DNA from: an uncultured Phycisphaerales bacterium
GTDB lineage: Bacteria; Planctomycetota; Phycisphaerae; Tepidisphaerales; Tepidisphaeraceae
Length of the DNA: 64,000 nt
NCBI GenBank assembly: GCA_963758525.1
Contig: CAVWVQ010000001.1
Coordinates: 62,502-126,501, forward strand
Reading direction: 5' to 3'
Shown here: positions 63,236 through 64,000 of the stretch, piece by piece
Position numbering within the stretch: the stretch's first letter is position 1
Layout: each line of letters opens with the position of its first letter
Translations under genes and position numbers: made by a program
Notes under the pieces: generated by a model
Databases searched by the model: none
Told to the model about the DNA's origin: nothing
The model's input: the letters and a program-made list of their open reading frames with translations, nothing else

Positions 63236-63293
63236 GTAGGGCGGGATTCATCCCGCCGCAACTTGAGAGGCGGCGGGATGAATCCCGCCCTAC
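63236..63293. repeat. Paired-hairpin palindromic element, family A (copy 4 of 4)
   Basis: GTAGGGCGGGATTCATCCCGCC (63236..63257), a 14-nt spacer, then GGCGGGATGAATCCCGCCCTAC (63272..63293). Confidence 0.9.
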
Positions 63294-63344
63294 ACCCGCA
63301 GTTTCAAGCGAATGATCCACTGGTTCTTCCGTCTGCGTCGGTGC

Positions 63345-64000
63345 CTACGTTTCGCTCAGCGGTCGATATTGATCCGGGTCATCAAAACCGGCGATCCACG
63401 CCGCCGCCTGATGGCACGTTGCCGTGGTCGGAGGAACTCTCAGAACGTAGCGTCGGGCGGTGGAGGGGCAGATGACGCTGAGGCAAACAAGATCCTCGTC
63501 CCCTTCCATCGGAACTTTCACCAGCCTTCTCGGGCCGCCCGCATCGCGATCTTCGTCGAGCGTCTGGGCGTTCGCGTCAGCCAGGAACTTTTGATACCCC
63601 ATGCGCTCAAGCATCACCCTGCGTTTTTCAGCATTGGGTTCCGCAAGAATCTCCTGCGAAGTAATGGTTTCGGACAGGAACGCGATTCGCGCATCGACGG
63701 GGACCCCGCGCCAGCGAATCTGAACGCCGTAGAGCGAGCAGGGCAGCGACGTGACTCCCGTGCCCGCAACGTCAATCCAGGATGAAACCCGCAATCCTTC
63801 CGGGAGGCTTCTCAGATTGGTGCAGTCGCGCAAATCCAATTGGGCAATGCGACACAGCCACGAAGGGAGTTCGCGAAGCTGGGCGCACCCGCGAGCGGTC
63901 AGCCGCCCGACCGAAACTGACGCGTGCGCCGGCCATCGCTCAAGCCCCGTGCAGCCGCTCACATCAAGGAAGTAAGTGTCCAGCCCCTCCGGCAGCTCGG
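63345..64000 (-). CDS. LRR protein with conserved C-terminal domain of unknown function; N-terminus outside the window
   Basis: The frame stays open to base 64000 (...LPEGLDTYFLDVSGCTGLERWP...). LRR units are LRELPSWL..LDLRDCTNLRSLPEGL. The C-terminal part ...RRVMLERMGYQKFL...YVLRVPPTTATCHQAAAWIAGFD...YRPLSET looks like a recurring DUF seen at LRR protein ends. Confidence 0.55.
   Translation of the reverse strand, partial: ELPEGLDTYFLDVSGCTGLERWPAHASVSVGRLTARGCAQLRELPSWLCRIAQLDLRDCTNLRSLPEGLRVSSWIDVAGTGVTSLPCSLYGVQIRWRGVPVDARIAFLSETITSQEILAEPNAEKRRVMLERMGYQKFLADANAQTLDEDRDAGGPRRLVKVPMEGDEDLVCLSVICPSTARRYVLRVPPTTATCHQAAAWIAGFDDPDQYRPLSET

Overview
High-GC bacterial chromosomal window. The gene content and repeat style suggest a Planctomycetota/PVC-type genome, but that is inference only. 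I can support about 60 protein genes, one tRNA-Thr(CGU), one TPP riboswitch and one strong intrinsic terminator. I see no transposase, integrase, prophage or CRISPR array. Most genes are housekeeping: sugar ABC transporter, mqnA, a TPR/ExbB/ExbD cluster, murD, pyrF, M24 peptidase, PAP2 phosphatase, MOSC protein, APC permease, recQ and xseA. Further housekeeping genes are an F-type ATP synthase block atpZ-I-B-E-F-H-A that stops at a terminator without atpGDC, thiC, msrB, cmk, plsC, a cyclophilin and pyc-birA. Three things stand out. (1) At 35.7-43.3 kb, an FHA protein and an atypical kinase sit next to a tightly packed 7-gene operon. That operon encodes a Hanks kinase, three zinc-ribbon proteins (two of them membrane proteins), a 46-aa TM peptide and two tandem proteins whose coiled-coil regions look Snf7/ESCRT-III-like. 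(2) Two classic-clade AAA+ ATPases carry N-terminal helical-repeat domains; one (16957..18111) has a Vps4-like MIT-plus-AAA layout. (3) At 57.9-63.1 kb there is a five-gene, translationally coupled cassette: LRR protein, ATP-grasp, phosphatase-fold hydrolase and two radical SAM enzymes. From memory it matches the uncharacterised Salmonella STM4015-STM4011 cassette. Intergenic DNA holds at least seven unrelated families of palindromic or paired-inverted repeats. Major caveat: at least 14 genes, including atpA, pyrF and birA, are broken by single-base frame shifts, several at short G/C runs. I read these as assembly indels and annotate the repaired spans. All family assignments come from reading motifs by eye; no database search was run.
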